DNA of 64,000 nt from positions 64,001 through 128,000 of the forward strand of contig JBFOMH010000003.1 of NCBI GenBank assembly GCA_040830765.1, given 5' to 3'. Shown here one piece after another: positions 48,738 through 59,775 of this stretch (the first letter of the stretch is position 1; each line of letters opens with the position of its first letter). Both the position numbers and the translations under genes were made by a program. The stretch comes from Puniceicoccaceae bacterium (GTDB taxonomy: Bacteria; Verrucomicrobiota; Verrucomicrobiia; Opitutales; Oceanipulchritudinaceae). Below the pieces are notes generated by a model. It had not been told where the DNA came from. It worked only from the letters and a program-made list of their open reading frames with translations, and did no database searches.

Positions 48738-51019
48738 AATGGGCAACCATTCTCGCTGTTCTTTGCTGCAACGTCGTTGCTTCAATAGCAATTGCTAAGG
48801 ACTATTACGTATCCCCGGCTGGCAGCAACAAGAACCCCGGGACACTGCGCAAGCCGTTTGCGTCCATTAATTTTGCCGTCAAGAAGCTCAAACCGGGGGA
48901 TACCCTGTACATCCGTCAGGGAGTCTACCAGGAAACCGTAACGCTGACGGCATCCGGCACACCGGACAAGCCGATCACCATTCAAGCCTATGGTTTGGAA
49001 TATGTTGAACTGAGCGGCGTGCAAAGCCTGGAAAGACAGTGGCAGCTCCACGACAAGGACAAGGGGATTTACGTCGCGAAATTGAATCCAAAGAGCCTGG
49101 CCGCGGAAATCGTCGGTAACAACTTCCAGCTATTCGTGGACAAGGAATCCCTGCTGGATGCCAGGTGGCCGAATTGTGATTTTGACGAACTGCTATCAAG
49201 AAAAGGCTGGCAAGCCGTTGGTAAGAATTCCAGCTATGGCCGCATCGATGCCCCATTTCTGAAAGACAGCAATTTGAATATTGAGGGTGCCGACATCTAC
49301 CTGAACATGATTCACCAGTTCTTCACATGGGGCCGGAAAGTCACCCGTTTCGACCCGAATAAAGGCATCATCGAGTACCCTGCCAATTTCAATCTGGGTT
49401 CGATGTTTTTCCAAGGTTGGTGGGCAACAAACGGATGGAAGGATGATTACTTTTACCTGCAGGGGAAGTACGACTTCCTGGATCATCCCGGTGAGTTTTA
49501 TTACGATACTGAAAAGGGAAAACTCTATGCAATACCCCCAGCCGGAAAAACCCTTGATGGCTCACTTATAGAAATCAAGAAGCGGCTTTTCGGCCTGAAG
49601 GGCAAAGGCATCAGGCATGTGACCTTGAAGGGGATTCACTTCTTTGGAGCAGCCATCCAGTTGCGCGAAAGTGAAAACCTTACCCTCGACGGGTTAACGT
49701 TCCGGTTTCCTGTCAATACCAAGGAGCTCCAGGAATCGACGTTCAAGGAAAACGGTGTGCCAAACAAATACTGGAGGATTACCAACACTGTAAGCGGCCA
49801 GCATAACACGCTCAGGAATATCTATGCCGCCTACGCATCAGGCAGCCTGCTCAATATCAGTGGGAGTCACAACCTGATCGAGAACTCGATTCTTCATGAT
49901 GCCTGCCATTCCGGCTCGCTTTACTATAAGTGCCTATCCTTTGGAGGTAACAACGCGGGCACCATTAAACGCTGCACAATCTTCAATGCGGGCAACGTGG
50001 GCATTCATTTCGGCGGACCGGGTGCCCTGGTAGAGCTTAATCACGTATTTAACACCGGCATGGTCAGCCACGATGTCTCGGCAATCTACACCTCCGGGGA
50101 CCGTGCCAGGAACTGCAGGATCACCCGCAACTGGGTACACGATAACCCGGCACACACTGGAGGAATCGGTATCCGCGGGGACGACCTTACCCGTGAGCTG
50201 ACCATTGACCACAATGTCGTGTGGAATATCGCCCAGAAAGGCATTGTAGCCAAAGGTGACACCAATTCAGTTTTTAATAACACGGTCTTTGCCGTCAGGA
50301 AGTTGGGCATGCTCCTACCCGACCGGGCAGAGCCCCGGAAGGACTGGCAGATCCGGGAAGGCAAAACCTTCCTGGATATTCAGAATTCCAATACCCTTTA
50401 CTTCAATAACATGGTCGAGCATGAGACTTCCGACAAAACGAATCCTTCCGAACCCGTCGCTGTGGGGCAACAAGGTGGCAATTACCGGATCATCGACACC
50501 CCGCCCCTGAACGATATTGCACGCTATGATTTCCGGCCGCTGGAATCCTATAAGAGCGAGCTTTCCGGGCAACCTCTTCCCGATAAAGCGGTCATCCCGG
50601 TGAATCTTGATCCGGACTCAGAACATCCCTACGTGGGTGCCTATGGATTTAATGGATCCGACTGGAAACCGGGTGCCATCAACGGCATGCAGTACCTTGT
50701 TGATAACAAGGAAGACAGGACAATTCTCCGGTTCAAATACACCCTGCCCCTTATTGAAGATGATGCCCTGACCATCCTAATTAACGGTCAGGAAGTTAAA
50801 AGCGGGATGATCCCGAAGCAGAAGTCTTTCAAGTCAATGGCCTTCTTTATCGACGGCAAATTCCTGCAAAAGGGCGACAATATCGTTGAATTTATATCCT
50901 CAAGTTTCGGAACAATCACAGACAACTTCAACAGCCTCAAGAAAAGGCTAGTCCATTCAACCAACTTTCCCGAATCTGGATTATTCAAGAGCGCAAAACC
51001 AGTAGAATTAATATATTAA
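48734..51019 (+). CDS. Secreted right-handed parallel beta-helix protein (putative polysaccharide-degrading enzyme)
   Basis: Signal peptide; YYVSPxG..PGT..PF, LKPGDT..GVY and ARWPN motifs; N-ladder repeats (NWVHDN, DHNVVWN, NNTV). Confidence 0.8.
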   Translation: MKWATILAVLCCNVVASIAIAKDYYVSPAGSNKNPGTLRKPFASINFAVKKLKPGDTLYIRQGVYQETVTLTASGTPDKPITIQAYGLEYVELSGVQSLERQWQLHDKDKGIYVAKLNPKSLAAEIVGNNFQLFVDKESLLDARWPNCDFDELLSRKGWQAVGKNSSYGRIDAPFLKDSNLNIEGADIYLNMIHQFFTWGRKVTRFDPNKGIIEYPANFNLGSMFFQGWWATNGWKDDYFYLQGKYDFLDHPGEFYYDTEKGKLYAIPPAGKTLDGSLIEIKKRLFGLKGKGIRHVTLKGIHFFGAAIQLRESENLTLDGLTFRFPVNTKELQESTFKENGVPNKYWRITNTVSGQHNTLRNIYAAYASGSLLNISGSHNLIENSILHDACHSGSLYYKCLSFGGNNAGTIKRCTIFNAGNVGIHFGGPGALVELNHVFNTGMVSHDVSAIYTSGDRARNCRITRNWVHDNPAHTGGIGIRGDDLTRELTIDHNVVWNIAQKGIVAKGDTNSVFNNTVFAVRKLGMLLPDRAEPRKDWQIREGKTFLDIQNSNTLYFNNMVEHETSDKTNPSEPVAVGQQGGNYRIIDTPPLNDIARYDFRPLESYKSELSGQPLPDKAVIPVNLDPDSEHPYVGAYGFNGSDWKPGAINGMQYLVDNKEDRTILRFKYTLPLIEDDALTILINGQEVKSGMIPKQKSFKSMAFFIDGKFLQKGDNIVEFISSSFGTITDNFNSLKKRLVHSTNFPESGLFKSAKPVELIY

Positions 51020-51029
51020 ACATTAAACC

Positions 51030-52187
51030 ATGAAAAGTGATAACCTCCTCCCCTTAGCCCTGATCCTTGTCACTGGAATCCTTGTTAGCGGTTGCAGTGA
51101 AAAAGCTCCCATACCTGCTTACCTGGCCGACTACGGGCAACAGTTTTTGGAAAATCCCCGTGCTGCGAATCTGGAATGGTTCAAGAATGCCGAATACGGC
51201 CTTTTTATCCATTATGGCCTCTACGCCCTGATGGAGGAAGGGGAATGGGTGCAGCTGACCCATAAGCCCGAGCCAGTACCGGTCGCTGAATATGCGAAAT
51301 TGGCGGATGTGTTTACAGCGGACAAATTTGATGCGGAATTCATCACCGACTTCGTCCTCGAAGCGGGGATGAAGTACATAACCATTACTGCCAAGCATCA
51401 CGATGGTTACAGTTTGTTTAAAACGGCATTGTCTGATTTCCAGTCGATGAACTCCCCCTGCGGGCGCGACCTGATCGGGGAACTCTACGCAGAATGCGAG
51501 CGAAAGGGCATCGCCTTGTTCCTTTACTACAGTTATGGCGCCGACTGGAAACACCCTTACTTCATGTCCCGCGAGGTTGGCTGGAAGCATGCACGACCGG
51601 CTTATAGTGAACCACAACCCGAGTACCTTTTTGAAAAAGATGAGGATTTCCAGAAATACATTGAGTTTGCGGATGGCCAGGTAAAGGAACTACTTACCCA
51701 ATATCCAAATATCGCAGGGATCTGGTTTGATCCGATCATGGGATACTATGCTCGCCCAGATTTGTTCGATATGGATAAAACCTATGCCATGATTCGCGAA
51801 ATGAGTCCGCATGCGCTCATCTCATTCAAACAGGGGGCAACCGGAACCGAGGACTTCATCGCACCCGAGCGCCACATGGTGAACATGGTTGAGCGTGTGA
51901 CAAACGAACTTGGCGCAGAATCAGCCGCTGTAGCCAAGGCCGCCTGGGACAAGAACCAGGGTAAGCCAAGGGAAATCTGCGACACCATGCAACCGCGCGC
52001 ATGGGGCTACAATAAATCCAAGGACGGGCAGCACCTGAGCGCCGAACAGGTCGTGGAAAAGTTGGATGCCGCCAGGGAGCTCGGGGCAAACCTGCTTCTG
52101 AATATTGGCCCGAAACCAGATGGCTCATTCCCTCAGGAGGACGTGGATGCCCTACTCGAGGCAGGAAAGACCATCAAAGGCAATTAA
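51030..52187 (+). CDS. GH29 alpha-L-fucosidase (lipoprotein)
   Basis: VSGC lipobox; YGLFIHYG, AKHHDG, WFD nucleophile and LLLNIGP motifs. Confidence 0.9.
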   Translation: MKSDNLLPLALILVTGILVSGCSEKAPIPAYLADYGQQFLENPRAANLEWFKNAEYGLFIHYGLYALMEEGEWVQLTHKPEPVPVAEYAKLADVFTADKFDAEFITDFVLEAGMKYITITAKHHDGYSLFKTALSDFQSMNSPCGRDLIGELYAECERKGIALFLYYSYGADWKHPYFMSREVGWKHARPAYSEPQPEYLFEKDEDFQKYIEFADGQVKELLTQYPNIAGIWFDPIMGYYARPDLFDMDKTYAMIREMSPHALISFKQGATGTEDFIAPERHMVNMVERVTNELGAESAAVAKAAWDKNQGKPREICDTMQPRAWGYNKSKDGQHLSAEQVVEKLDAARELGANLLLNIGPKPDGSFPQEDVDALLEAGKTIKGN

Positions 52188-52207
52188 CCGAAAAAACGCC
52201 TGCCTCA

Positions 52208-52462
52208 ATGAATAAACTAAGCTCGATCCTATTGAGCTGCGCTTTCTCCCTATCCCTTAGCGCTGAGGTATACTATGTTGCTCCAAACGGAAGCAACGAG
52301 AATCAGGGCACTCAGGAAGCTCTTTTTCGATCTATTGTGTTCTCAATCACGCAATTGAAACCCGGCGATACCCTCAATATATACGAAGGAACTTATCTCA
52401 TGGCCCCGGCTCCAAGAACCCTCCGGGTTCTCTCCGCCTGGGCCAGCCAACCACAAAACTGA
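52208..52462 (+). pseudogene. Truncated N-terminus of a beta-helix protein
   Basis: Signal peptide plus YYVAPNG...LKPGDT..GTY; similarity is lost after 52397. Confidence 0.75.
52283..52397 (+). repeat. Direct repeat A, copy 1 (partner 58811-58925)
   Basis: 115 bp; 2 mismatches by eye. Confidence 0.9.
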
Positions 52463-52567
52463 AACCACAAAGAAAATCGGAAATTACCTCACTAAGGATG
52501 GATTAAAATGAGGGGGCCAACCATTAGCAAATCCCAATCAGTTTCCTTAGATCTATTCAAATTAATT

Positions 52568-54112
52568 ATGTATTACCATAGTTTTTCGAAATACAAACTC
52601 TTCTTTTTAATCATTCTGCCAATAGCATCCCTACAAGCTAAGGATATCGGTTCAAGCCCATTACCTAACATCGTCATCATCTACGCGGACGACATGGGAG
52701 TAGCGGATGTATCGTATGGCAATCCTTTGTCAAAAATACAGACCCCGAACATCGATAGCCTTGCCGCTCAAGGTATGACCTTTACTGATGGCCACAGCTC
52801 TTCCGGTGTATGCACACCTAGTCGGTTTGCGCTGCTTACAGGTCAATACCACTGGAGACGTTTTCACGCAATCGTGCACGCATTTGGAAACAGCGTGTTC
52901 GAAGCAAATGATTTCACCCTACCCAAAATGCTAAAAGACAGGGGATATAACACTGCAGCTATTGGCAAATGGCACCTCGGTTGGGACTGGGAATCGATCA
53001 AAAAGCCTGGAGCCGTCCCGGTCAAAGAGAACGAAAAAAGGCAAGAGTGGGACTCTAATGCCTTTGACTGGTCCAAGCGATTTCGAGGCGGCCCAGTCGA
53101 CCAAGGCTTCGACTACTATTTTGGCGACGGGACGATAAACTTCCCTCCCTACACATGGATCGAGAATGACCGGTTCCTATACACTCCGACACAACAAGTG
53201 ATTCGCTCCAAGCCCCTAGCAGGAGGAGGAACTTTCCGACCTGGCCCAATGGCACAGGAATGGGATCCCTTTGAAGTCCTCCCGACCACAACCGCTAAAG
53301 CGGTAGAATGGATATCCAAACAAACCAGCGAAGTGCCCTTTTTTATCTACCTTGCCTTAAATTCTCCCCACTACCCGATCGTTCCGAACAAAGAGTTTCA
53401 TGGAGCATCAGACGCGGGCTATTACGGCGACTTCGTCGTAGAAACTGACGCTATGGTAGGAAAAGTAATGGAAGCCCTCCAGCTCCAAGAATTTGACGAC
53501 AATACTCTCGTCATTTTCACCGCAGACAATGGCGCCGAGACACATGCCTTCCAAAGACTAGAAGAATTCAACCAATGGAGCTCGGGAGAACACAGAGGCG
53601 TAAAGCGCGACCTCTACGAAGGAGGCCATCGCGTGCCCTTCATTTTCCGCTGGCCCGGCAGAATACCTCCCGGAACCGTTTCTGATGAAACCGTCAACCA
53701 AGTAGATTTCGCAGCCACTTTCGCCAAAATCGTGGGCTACTCATTGAGCGAAAAAGAGGCGATTGACAGCCACAGTCTTTTGCCCGTCATCATAGGCGAC
53801 GAATATACAAGACCGCTGAGATCGGCCACTGTTCATAACACATTCGAAGACGAATACGCTCTACGTAAGGGAAATTGGGTCTATATAAATACGACCCGTG
53901 CAGCTGTGTATAAGGAGTCAGAAGAATACTTGGAAAAGAGAGGACTCACCTCCTTTCGCAATTCAGATACCGGCGGCCTCTTGTTCAATCTCGCAGACGA
54001 CCCTGGCCAGTCAAAAAACCTTTACCTCGAATACCCCGAGAGAGTCGTACAAATGTCCGAGCTCCTTCAGCAATATTTAGCCGGCAAACGTGGAGCTCCG
54101 TACATACCATAG
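52568..54112 (+). CDS. Secreted Cys-type (S1) sulfatase
   Basis: Signal peptide; ADDMG, CTPSR, GKWHLG and ADNG motifs. Confidence 0.95.
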   Translation: MYYHSFSKYKLFFLIILPIASLQAKDIGSSPLPNIVIIYADDMGVADVSYGNPLSKIQTPNIDSLAAQGMTFTDGHSSSGVCTPSRFALLTGQYHWRRFHAIVHAFGNSVFEANDFTLPKMLKDRGYNTAAIGKWHLGWDWESIKKPGAVPVKENEKRQEWDSNAFDWSKRFRGGPVDQGFDYYFGDGTINFPPYTWIENDRFLYTPTQQVIRSKPLAGGGTFRPGPMAQEWDPFEVLPTTTAKAVEWISKQTSEVPFFIYLALNSPHYPIVPNKEFHGASDAGYYGDFVVETDAMVGKVMEALQLQEFDDNTLVIFTADNGAETHAFQRLEEFNQWSSGEHRGVKRDLYEGGHRVPFIFRWPGRIPPGTVSDETVNQVDFAATFAKIVGYSLSEKEAIDSHSLLPVIIGDEYTRPLRSATVHNTFEDEYALRKGNWVYINTTRAAVYKESEEYLEKRGLTSFRNSDTGGLLFNLADDPGQSKNLYLEYPERVVQMSELLQQYLAGKRGAPYIP

Positions 54113-54140
54113 TAGGCTAGACATCTTCAGTTCGTTTCGA
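53820..54140 (+). repeat. Direct repeat B, copy 1 (partner about 59196-59515)
   Basis: 3' end of the sulfatase gene repeated with scattered substitutions. Confidence 0.9.
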
Positions 54141-54264
54141 CCATCGGAAAGATAGAACCAGCTGCTTTTGCCACTATCCCTTTTTTCAAGAACAACCGAC
54201 GATTGTGGGTTTCTTGAGCAAAAGCGCTCATATCTTCAACTGATATATTTCCTTTGGGAGGGGT

Positions 54265-54532
54265 TTAGTTGTGCGTATCCATTCGATCCGACTCCGGATG
54301 TCCGTGGTTCCTTACAAGCTCTAAGGCTTTTTTAAGCTCGGCTACTTTTTCTGGATATTCTTTGGCTAGATTGAAGCGCTGCCCTATATCTTCTCTGAGA
54401 TTGTAGAGTTCGACCGGTTGACCGTCGTCCGCTAGGAAGCCGTAGCGCTCCTCCCACCCATGAGCCGGCTTACGAGCATATCCGGTAGCGGCGTCGATGA
54501 GCACCCAGTCCCCCTCCCGGTAGGCGAAGCCC
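54265..54532 (-). pseudogene. 3' fragment of a sulfatase (repeat C copy 1; partner 59786-60043)
   Basis: Near-identical to the C-terminus of 59776-61329; truncated just before the araC-like stop codon. Confidence 0.88.
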
Positions 54533-54544
54533 GGTTGTGGAATG

Positions 54545-55432
54545 TCACGTTGTGTTCTGTTTCCGATATGTAGCGGGTGCCACGCCGAAATATCTCTTGA
54601 ATGCTCTGCTAAGAGAGAATCCGTCGGAGTATCCGAGAGCCCAAGCTATTTCCTGCAGGGTCTTGTCTGATTGTCTCAACAAGTAGGCAGTGTGTTCGAC
54701 TTTTCTCCGCGAGAGTCTGTGTCTTGCGCTTTCATTTCCGAACTGACTGAAAAGACGCGCCATGGAATTTGGGTGGATATTGCAGCGTTGCGCTATTTCG
54801 GCGACGGATGAAAAGGTAAGGAACTTTGTGTCGATAATCTCACAAATGTTTAGGTAACGCTGCCTGCTTTGTGAATCGCTGCCTCCTGGGAATCGTAATT
54901 TTTCGGCAGCAGTGATGATAATTAGACGGAACCAAGAGTTGGAAAGATCCATCCAATTCAGGCTTTGTTTGCGCAGGCATGCGGAGCAGGCTTGGAAATA
55001 ACTCAGGATTGGGCCCGCTAGTTCATCGATGTTCATCACTTGGGTTGCCTTTCCTAGGTACTGAGCGATCTGCAAATCGTACCATTCGTGACTTAATGAT
55101 AGTCGCCACAATTCCATTGTGCCCTCGGTTATCTCGATAGAGAATGGAATCGATTTTTGGCGGATGATAAACGAGCCACTCTTAAGGGGGTAGCTCTTCT
55201 CCTCCGATGTCAGCACCCCTTCGCCAGAAACGACTAGAGCAATCACTGTGTTATCGATTATTCTCATGGCTCGGAAACCGGGAGGGGTGCGCCTCTCGTG
55301 AGTTATGCTGCGAATGTTCCGCAGCGGCGATCCATCCGCTGCGTACGCTGGCAGGTAGGCGCAGTCTTGCGGGAAGAAGTCGGCGGCGTAGCAAACGTCT
55401 TCGTCAAATTCTGTGTCACTAGGTTCGTGCAT
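54545..55432 (-). CDS. AraC-family transcriptional regulator
   Basis: Cupin-like N-domain; C-terminal LQEIAWALGYSDGFSLSRAFKRYFGVAPATYR. Confidence 0.9.
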   Translation of the reverse strand: MHEPSDTEFDEDVCYAADFFPQDCAYLPAYAADGSPLRNIRSITHERRTPPGFRAMRIIDNTVIALVVSGEGVLTSEEKSYPLKSGSFIIRQKSIPFSIEITEGTMELWRLSLSHEWYDLQIAQYLGKATQVMNIDELAGPILSYFQACSACLRKQSLNWMDLSNSWFRLIIITAAEKLRFPGGSDSQSRQRYLNICEIIDTKFLTFSSVAEIAQRCNIHPNSMARLFSQFGNESARHRLSRRKVEHTAYLLRQSDKTLQEIAWALGYSDGFSLSRAFKRYFGVAPATYRKQNTT

Positions 55433-55625
55433 GGGTGATCGACCCGGGAGGTCGGCCGCAGGTCTTTGAAAGCGGACCGCTATCTCGTCCAAGAAAAGGG
55501 GCTTCCCTGTCAAACTCAAGCGTCAAGTGGCGGGCCCTGACGCGGATTTAGGCGTGAAAATGACATGCCTGCCCCACATGTGGCTATTCTGCTCGATGCG
55601 ATTTACGGTTATGATTGCCCGCTGA

Positions 55626-56999
55626 ATGAAGGAGAACGCTAGGCCGAACATTGTTTTGATCAATTGTGATGATTTGGGGTATGGCGACCTCGGTTGCTAC
55701 GGGTCTAGCGTAAACAAGACTCCCAATATCGACGAGCTGGCGACCGAAGGCCGCCGCTTTTCGAGCTTCTACATGGCGTCGCCGGTGTGTTCTCCCTCCC
55801 GTGGGGCCATGCTGACGGGATGCTACCCGAGGCGAGTTGGGTTCGGCAGCTTCGATGGTCAGTGGGTACTCTTCCCGGGCATGCCCATCGGGCTCGATCC
55901 AAGCGAGGTCACGATTTCAAGCATGCTGAAGAAGAACGGGTATTCGACTGCGATCGTCGGGAAGTGGCACTGCGGGGACCAGAAGGAATTCCTTCCGGAT
56001 CAGCATGGCTTCGACGACTATTTCGGTCTGCCGTACAGCAACGACATGGGGAGGCAGCGCAAGGCGGATCCTTCCTTTCCGCCGTTGCCTTTGATGCATG
56101 GTAGCGAGGTGCTAGAGGAGCAACCAGATCAGTGCACCCTGACAGAGCGCTACACCGAGTTTGCACTTCGTTTCATCCGGAGAAATCGGGACATTCCTTT
56201 CTTTCTGTACTTCGCGCACATGCATGTGCATCTGCCGCACTATGTCCCGGACCGATTGCTAACGAATTCGAAGAACGGACGATACGGGGCTGCGGTCGCC
56301 AATATTGATTGGTCGACGGGCGTGTTGATGAACGAGCTCAAGGCGCTTGGGCTGGAAGAGAACACCATCGTCATCTTTACGAGCGACAATGGATCGCGCG
56401 CCAGCGGAGAGGGTGGCAGCAACGGTGGCCTGAGCGGAATCAAGGGTTCGACCTGGGAGGGCGGCCAGCGCGTTCCCTGTATCGTGCGGTGGCCCGGACA
56501 TATCCAGCCGAACTCCGAATGCGATGAGCTGACGACGGCGATGGACTTTCTTCCGACCATTGCCTCGCTGATAGGCGATTCGCTGCCCGAAGATCGAATC
56601 ATTGATGGCTACGATGTATCGTCGCTGTGGATTGAGGGCGAGGATTTGAAGAGTCCCTACGAAGCGTTCTACTACTACTTCATGGATGACCTCGAAGCGG
56701 TTCGGGCGGGATGTTGGAAGCGGCACATTCGACGAAATGGAGAGGATGTGAACCTATTATTTGATCTTGATGCAGACCCTGCGGAGCAATTGAATCTGTA
56801 CTATGACAGGCCGGAGGTGGTGGCCATGACGGACCAGTTGATCGAGAACGCTCGTCAGGAATTGGGCGATGCGGCGACCGGGTATGCAGGCAAGGATTTG
56901 CGTCCGGCTGGAAGGGTTAGCGATGGGAAAACGCTGACGGAGTACTCGGAAAATCATCCATATATGGTCGCCATGTATGACTTGGAAGAGCGAGGCTAA
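55626..56999 (+). CDS. Cys-type (S1) sulfatase without a signal peptide
   Basis: PNIVLINCDDLG begins at residue 7; CSPSR, GKWH and SDNG motifs. Confidence 0.93.
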   Translation: MKENARPNIVLINCDDLGYGDLGCYGSSVNKTPNIDELATEGRRFSSFYMASPVCSPSRGAMLTGCYPRRVGFGSFDGQWVLFPGMPIGLDPSEVTISSMLKKNGYSTAIVGKWHCGDQKEFLPDQHGFDDYFGLPYSNDMGRQRKADPSFPPLPLMHGSEVLEEQPDQCTLTERYTEFALRFIRRNRDIPFFLYFAHMHVHLPHYVPDRLLTNSKNGRYGAAVANIDWSTGVLMNELKALGLEENTIVIFTSDNGSRASGEGGSNGGLSGIKGSTWEGGQRVPCIVRWPGHIQPNSECDELTTAMDFLPTIASLIGDSLPEDRIIDGYDVSSLWIEGEDLKSPYEAFYYYFMDDLEAVRAGCWKRHIRRNGEDVNLLFDLDADPAEQLNLYYDRPEVVAMTDQLIENARQELGDAATGYAGKDLRPAGRVSDGKTLTEYSENHPYMVAMYDLEERG

Positions 57000-57002
57000 C
57001 CT

Positions 57003-58754
57003 ATGCTGACTATTCTTTCTTGTGCGGCATTTATGGGGTTCGTGGCTTGGTACTCGTGGAGGAAAACACGGGGCCAGGTTTCCACAGCGAACGGGTACTT
57101 TCTGGCGGGCAACGGGCTAACGGGGCTGTTCATAGGCGGCTCGCTCTTGCTGACGAACATTTCCACCGAACAACTCATTGGGCAAAACGGCATGACCTAC
57201 GCAGGAAACATGACCGCCCTGGCGTGGGAAATATGGGCAGTCCGAGGTATCATCCTGCTTGCTGCTCTGTTCCTGCCCATGTACCTGGGAGGCGCTTTTT
57301 CGACGATGCCCTCATTCCTGAGATCGCGCTACGGCGAGTGGACTCGCCGCCTCGTAGTTGGCTTGCTGCTCTTTGGATATATTTTTATCTGGTCCCCATC
57401 GGTGCTCTACGGCGGATCGCTGGCCTTGGTCAAAATCCTGGATGTCCCGCAACATACGGGGCTCTCCGAATTTCAGGCCCTTTGGGTGGTGGTCTGGATA
57501 ATCGGAATCATTGGAGCGGTGTACGCGATTTGCGGTGGATTGCGGGCGGTGGCCATTTCAGATACGCTGAATGGCTTCGGCCTGCTGATCATAGGGTGCC
57601 TGATACCGGTCTTCGGTCTGATCGCCTTGGGGGAAAAGCATGGGGGCGGGGTATCCACGGCGCTTCGTCACATCGCTACGAACAGTGCGGAAAAATTGAA
57701 TGCTATCGGAACTGGAAGCGAGCTCGACTCCATTCCCATATCCGCCGTGTTCACGGGGCTGATGGTCATGGCTGTCTTCTATTGGGGAACCAATCAGTTC
57801 ATCATCCAGCGCGCCTTGGGAGCGGCTAGTTTAAAGGAAGGACAGAAGGGGTTGTTGCTTGCGGGCTACTTCAAGATGCTAATCCCTTTTGTAGCGATGG
57901 CGCCCGGCCTGATCGCATTTCACCTGTACGGACCGGAGCTGTCGCCGACCGATATGGCGTATCCCGCTTTGGTGGCGGGCGTTTTGCCAGACTTTCTCCT
58001 AGGCTTCTTTATTGCCGTGCTTCTAGGCGCGGTCTTCTCGACCTACAATTCCCTGCTGAATTCCGCGGCCACGATGTTCGCGTTGGATATCTACAAGCCC
58101 CTTTTCAATCCAAACGCGGACGACAGAAAATTGATTCGGGTGTCCAAGTATTTTTCGGTGGTATGCGCGGTCATGACCCTGTTCACGGCGCCCAACCTGA
58201 TACATGCCGCGGATGGACTGTTCGTTTTCATCGCAAAATTCGCTGGCTTCATTGCCGTGCCCGTCTCGAGCCTCGTGGTTCTGGGGCTCTTCGCCCGGAG
58301 CCTAAGGATTCCGCCGAGAGCATCGCAATTTGTCATCCTCTTCCATGTAGTCGTCTACTACCTGTTGGTTTGGGGGCTGCCCGCGCTCGGGATCGATATT
58401 CCCATCCATTTTATGCATGTGTTTTCGATACTCTTCCTTGCGGAGTCCTCCATTCTCGTTGTCTGGGCCCTGGTCAAGCCGCATCATGAAGCATACGAAT
58501 ACGCTCATGACCCGAAGGTTGAGATGGTCCCATGGCGATGGGCCATGCTGACCAGCGCGGTGCTCCTGTCCTGCGCAATCCTCGTTTACGTCGTGTTTTC
58601 CAAGGTAGGGTTGGCATACGAAGAGGGCATTGTTGGGCCCGCATTTGGGTGGGCCTTCGCGATGGCTCTTTCCGTTTGCGTGGCCTTCTGCTGGTGGGCC
58701 CATCGGTGGCTGCAGCCTCGCTACGATCGCTACATCGCAAAGCGCTACGTTTGA
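57003..58754 (+). CDS. Sodium:solute symporter (YidK-like)
   Basis: GYFLAG, SLLLTNISTEQ, GGLRAV..SD and YWGTNQFIIQRAL motifs; about 14 TM. Confidence 0.9.
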   Translation: MLTILSCAAFMGFVAWYSWRKTRGQVSTANGYFLAGNGLTGLFIGGSLLLTNISTEQLIGQNGMTYAGNMTALAWEIWAVRGIILLAALFLPMYLGGAFSTMPSFLRSRYGEWTRRLVVGLLLFGYIFIWSPSVLYGGSLALVKILDVPQHTGLSEFQALWVVVWIIGIIGAVYAICGGLRAVAISDTLNGFGLLIIGCLIPVFGLIALGEKHGGGVSTALRHIATNSAEKLNAIGTGSELDSIPISAVFTGLMVMAVFYWGTNQFIIQRALGAASLKEGQKGLLLAGYFKMLIPFVAMAPGLIAFHLYGPELSPTDMAYPALVAGVLPDFLLGFFIAVLLGAVFSTYNSLLNSAATMFALDIYKPLFNPNADDRKLIRVSKYFSVVCAVMTLFTAPNLIHAADGLFVFIAKFAGFIAVPVSSLVVLGLFARSLRIPPRASQFVILFHVVVYYLLVWGLPALGIDIPIHFMHVFSILFLAESSILVVWALVKPHHEAYEYAHDPKVEMVPWRWAMLTSAVLLSCAILVYVVFSKVGLAYEEGIVGPAFGWAFAMALSVCVAFCWWAHRWLQPRYDRYIAKRYV

Positions 58755-58810
58755 CCGGGATCGACTTTCTCTCGGGGCTTTCTGAGAAAAAGGGACAGGC
58801 TATTTATCTC

Positions 58811-59488
58811 CCAAACGGAAGCAACAAGAATCCGGGCACTCAGGAAGCTCTTTTTCGATCTATTGTGTTCTCAATCACGCAATTGAAACCCGGCGATACC
58901 CTCAATATATACGAAGGAACTTATCGCGAGGTCTTCGTGCCCGAACACTCCGGAAACAAGAAAAGCAATATCACCATTCAGGCAGCAGAAGATCAAAGGG
59001 TTATAATCAGCGGCACCGAACCGATTACCAATTGGAAAAGGTACCGTGGTAATATCTATTCCGCAAAGATGGATTGGGATCTGGGAAAGAACAATCAGGT
59101 ATTCTTCGATGATAAACCTCTCACTGAAGCCCGCTGGCCAAATGATTTGGATGGGGATTCAATGACACCCAATGGAGCCATGAATGCAGGTGGTGGATCG
59201 GCCACTGTTCATAATACATTCGAAGACGAATACGCTCTACGCCAGGGAAATTGGGCCAATATGAATACGACCCGTGCAGCTGTGTATAAGGAGTCAGAAG
59301 AATACTTGGAAAAGAGAGGACTCACCTCCTTTCGCAATTCAGATGCCAGCGGGCTCTTATTTAATCTCGCAGAGGACCCTGGCCAGTCAAAAAACCTTTA
59401 CCTCGAATACCCCGAGCGAGTCGAACAATTGTCCGAGCTTCTTCAAAAATATTTAGACGGAAAACGCGGAGCGCCATACATACCCTAG
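58811..59488 (+). pseudogene. Chimeric remnant: beta-helix protein fragment fused in frame to a sulfatase C-terminus
   Basis: 58811-59195 continues the 52208 ORF (GTYRE..ARWPN); 59196-59488 copies the end of 52568-54112; no convincing start codon. Confidence 0.8.
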
Positions 59489-59775
59489 GCTAGAGCATCT
59501 TCCACTTGTTTCGTCGACTGCCTTCACTCCAAAGTTTGTATCGATCTAGAACAATAGATATGTGACCCAGGAATTGAGCCATGGTCCATTCGCGTTTTCT
59601 TTTTCGACTTAGCTACGGCAGCTTACTATGCTAAGTTAGGCAGGTAGGATTCTTTTCACTTTCATTAAGGTTTTTAGCTAAAATCCGTAAGTTTCACTGT
59701 AGCGGAATTCTACACAAACACCCTCGCCGGACTCACCCACCAAGGCAGTCGTCAATTCAGTTCGGGCGATGGTAG

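Noticed and set aside
58532..58810. N-terminal part of the 318-aa ORF 58532-59488
   Set aside because: It is an off-frame overlap with the symporter; only 58811 onward has coding support.
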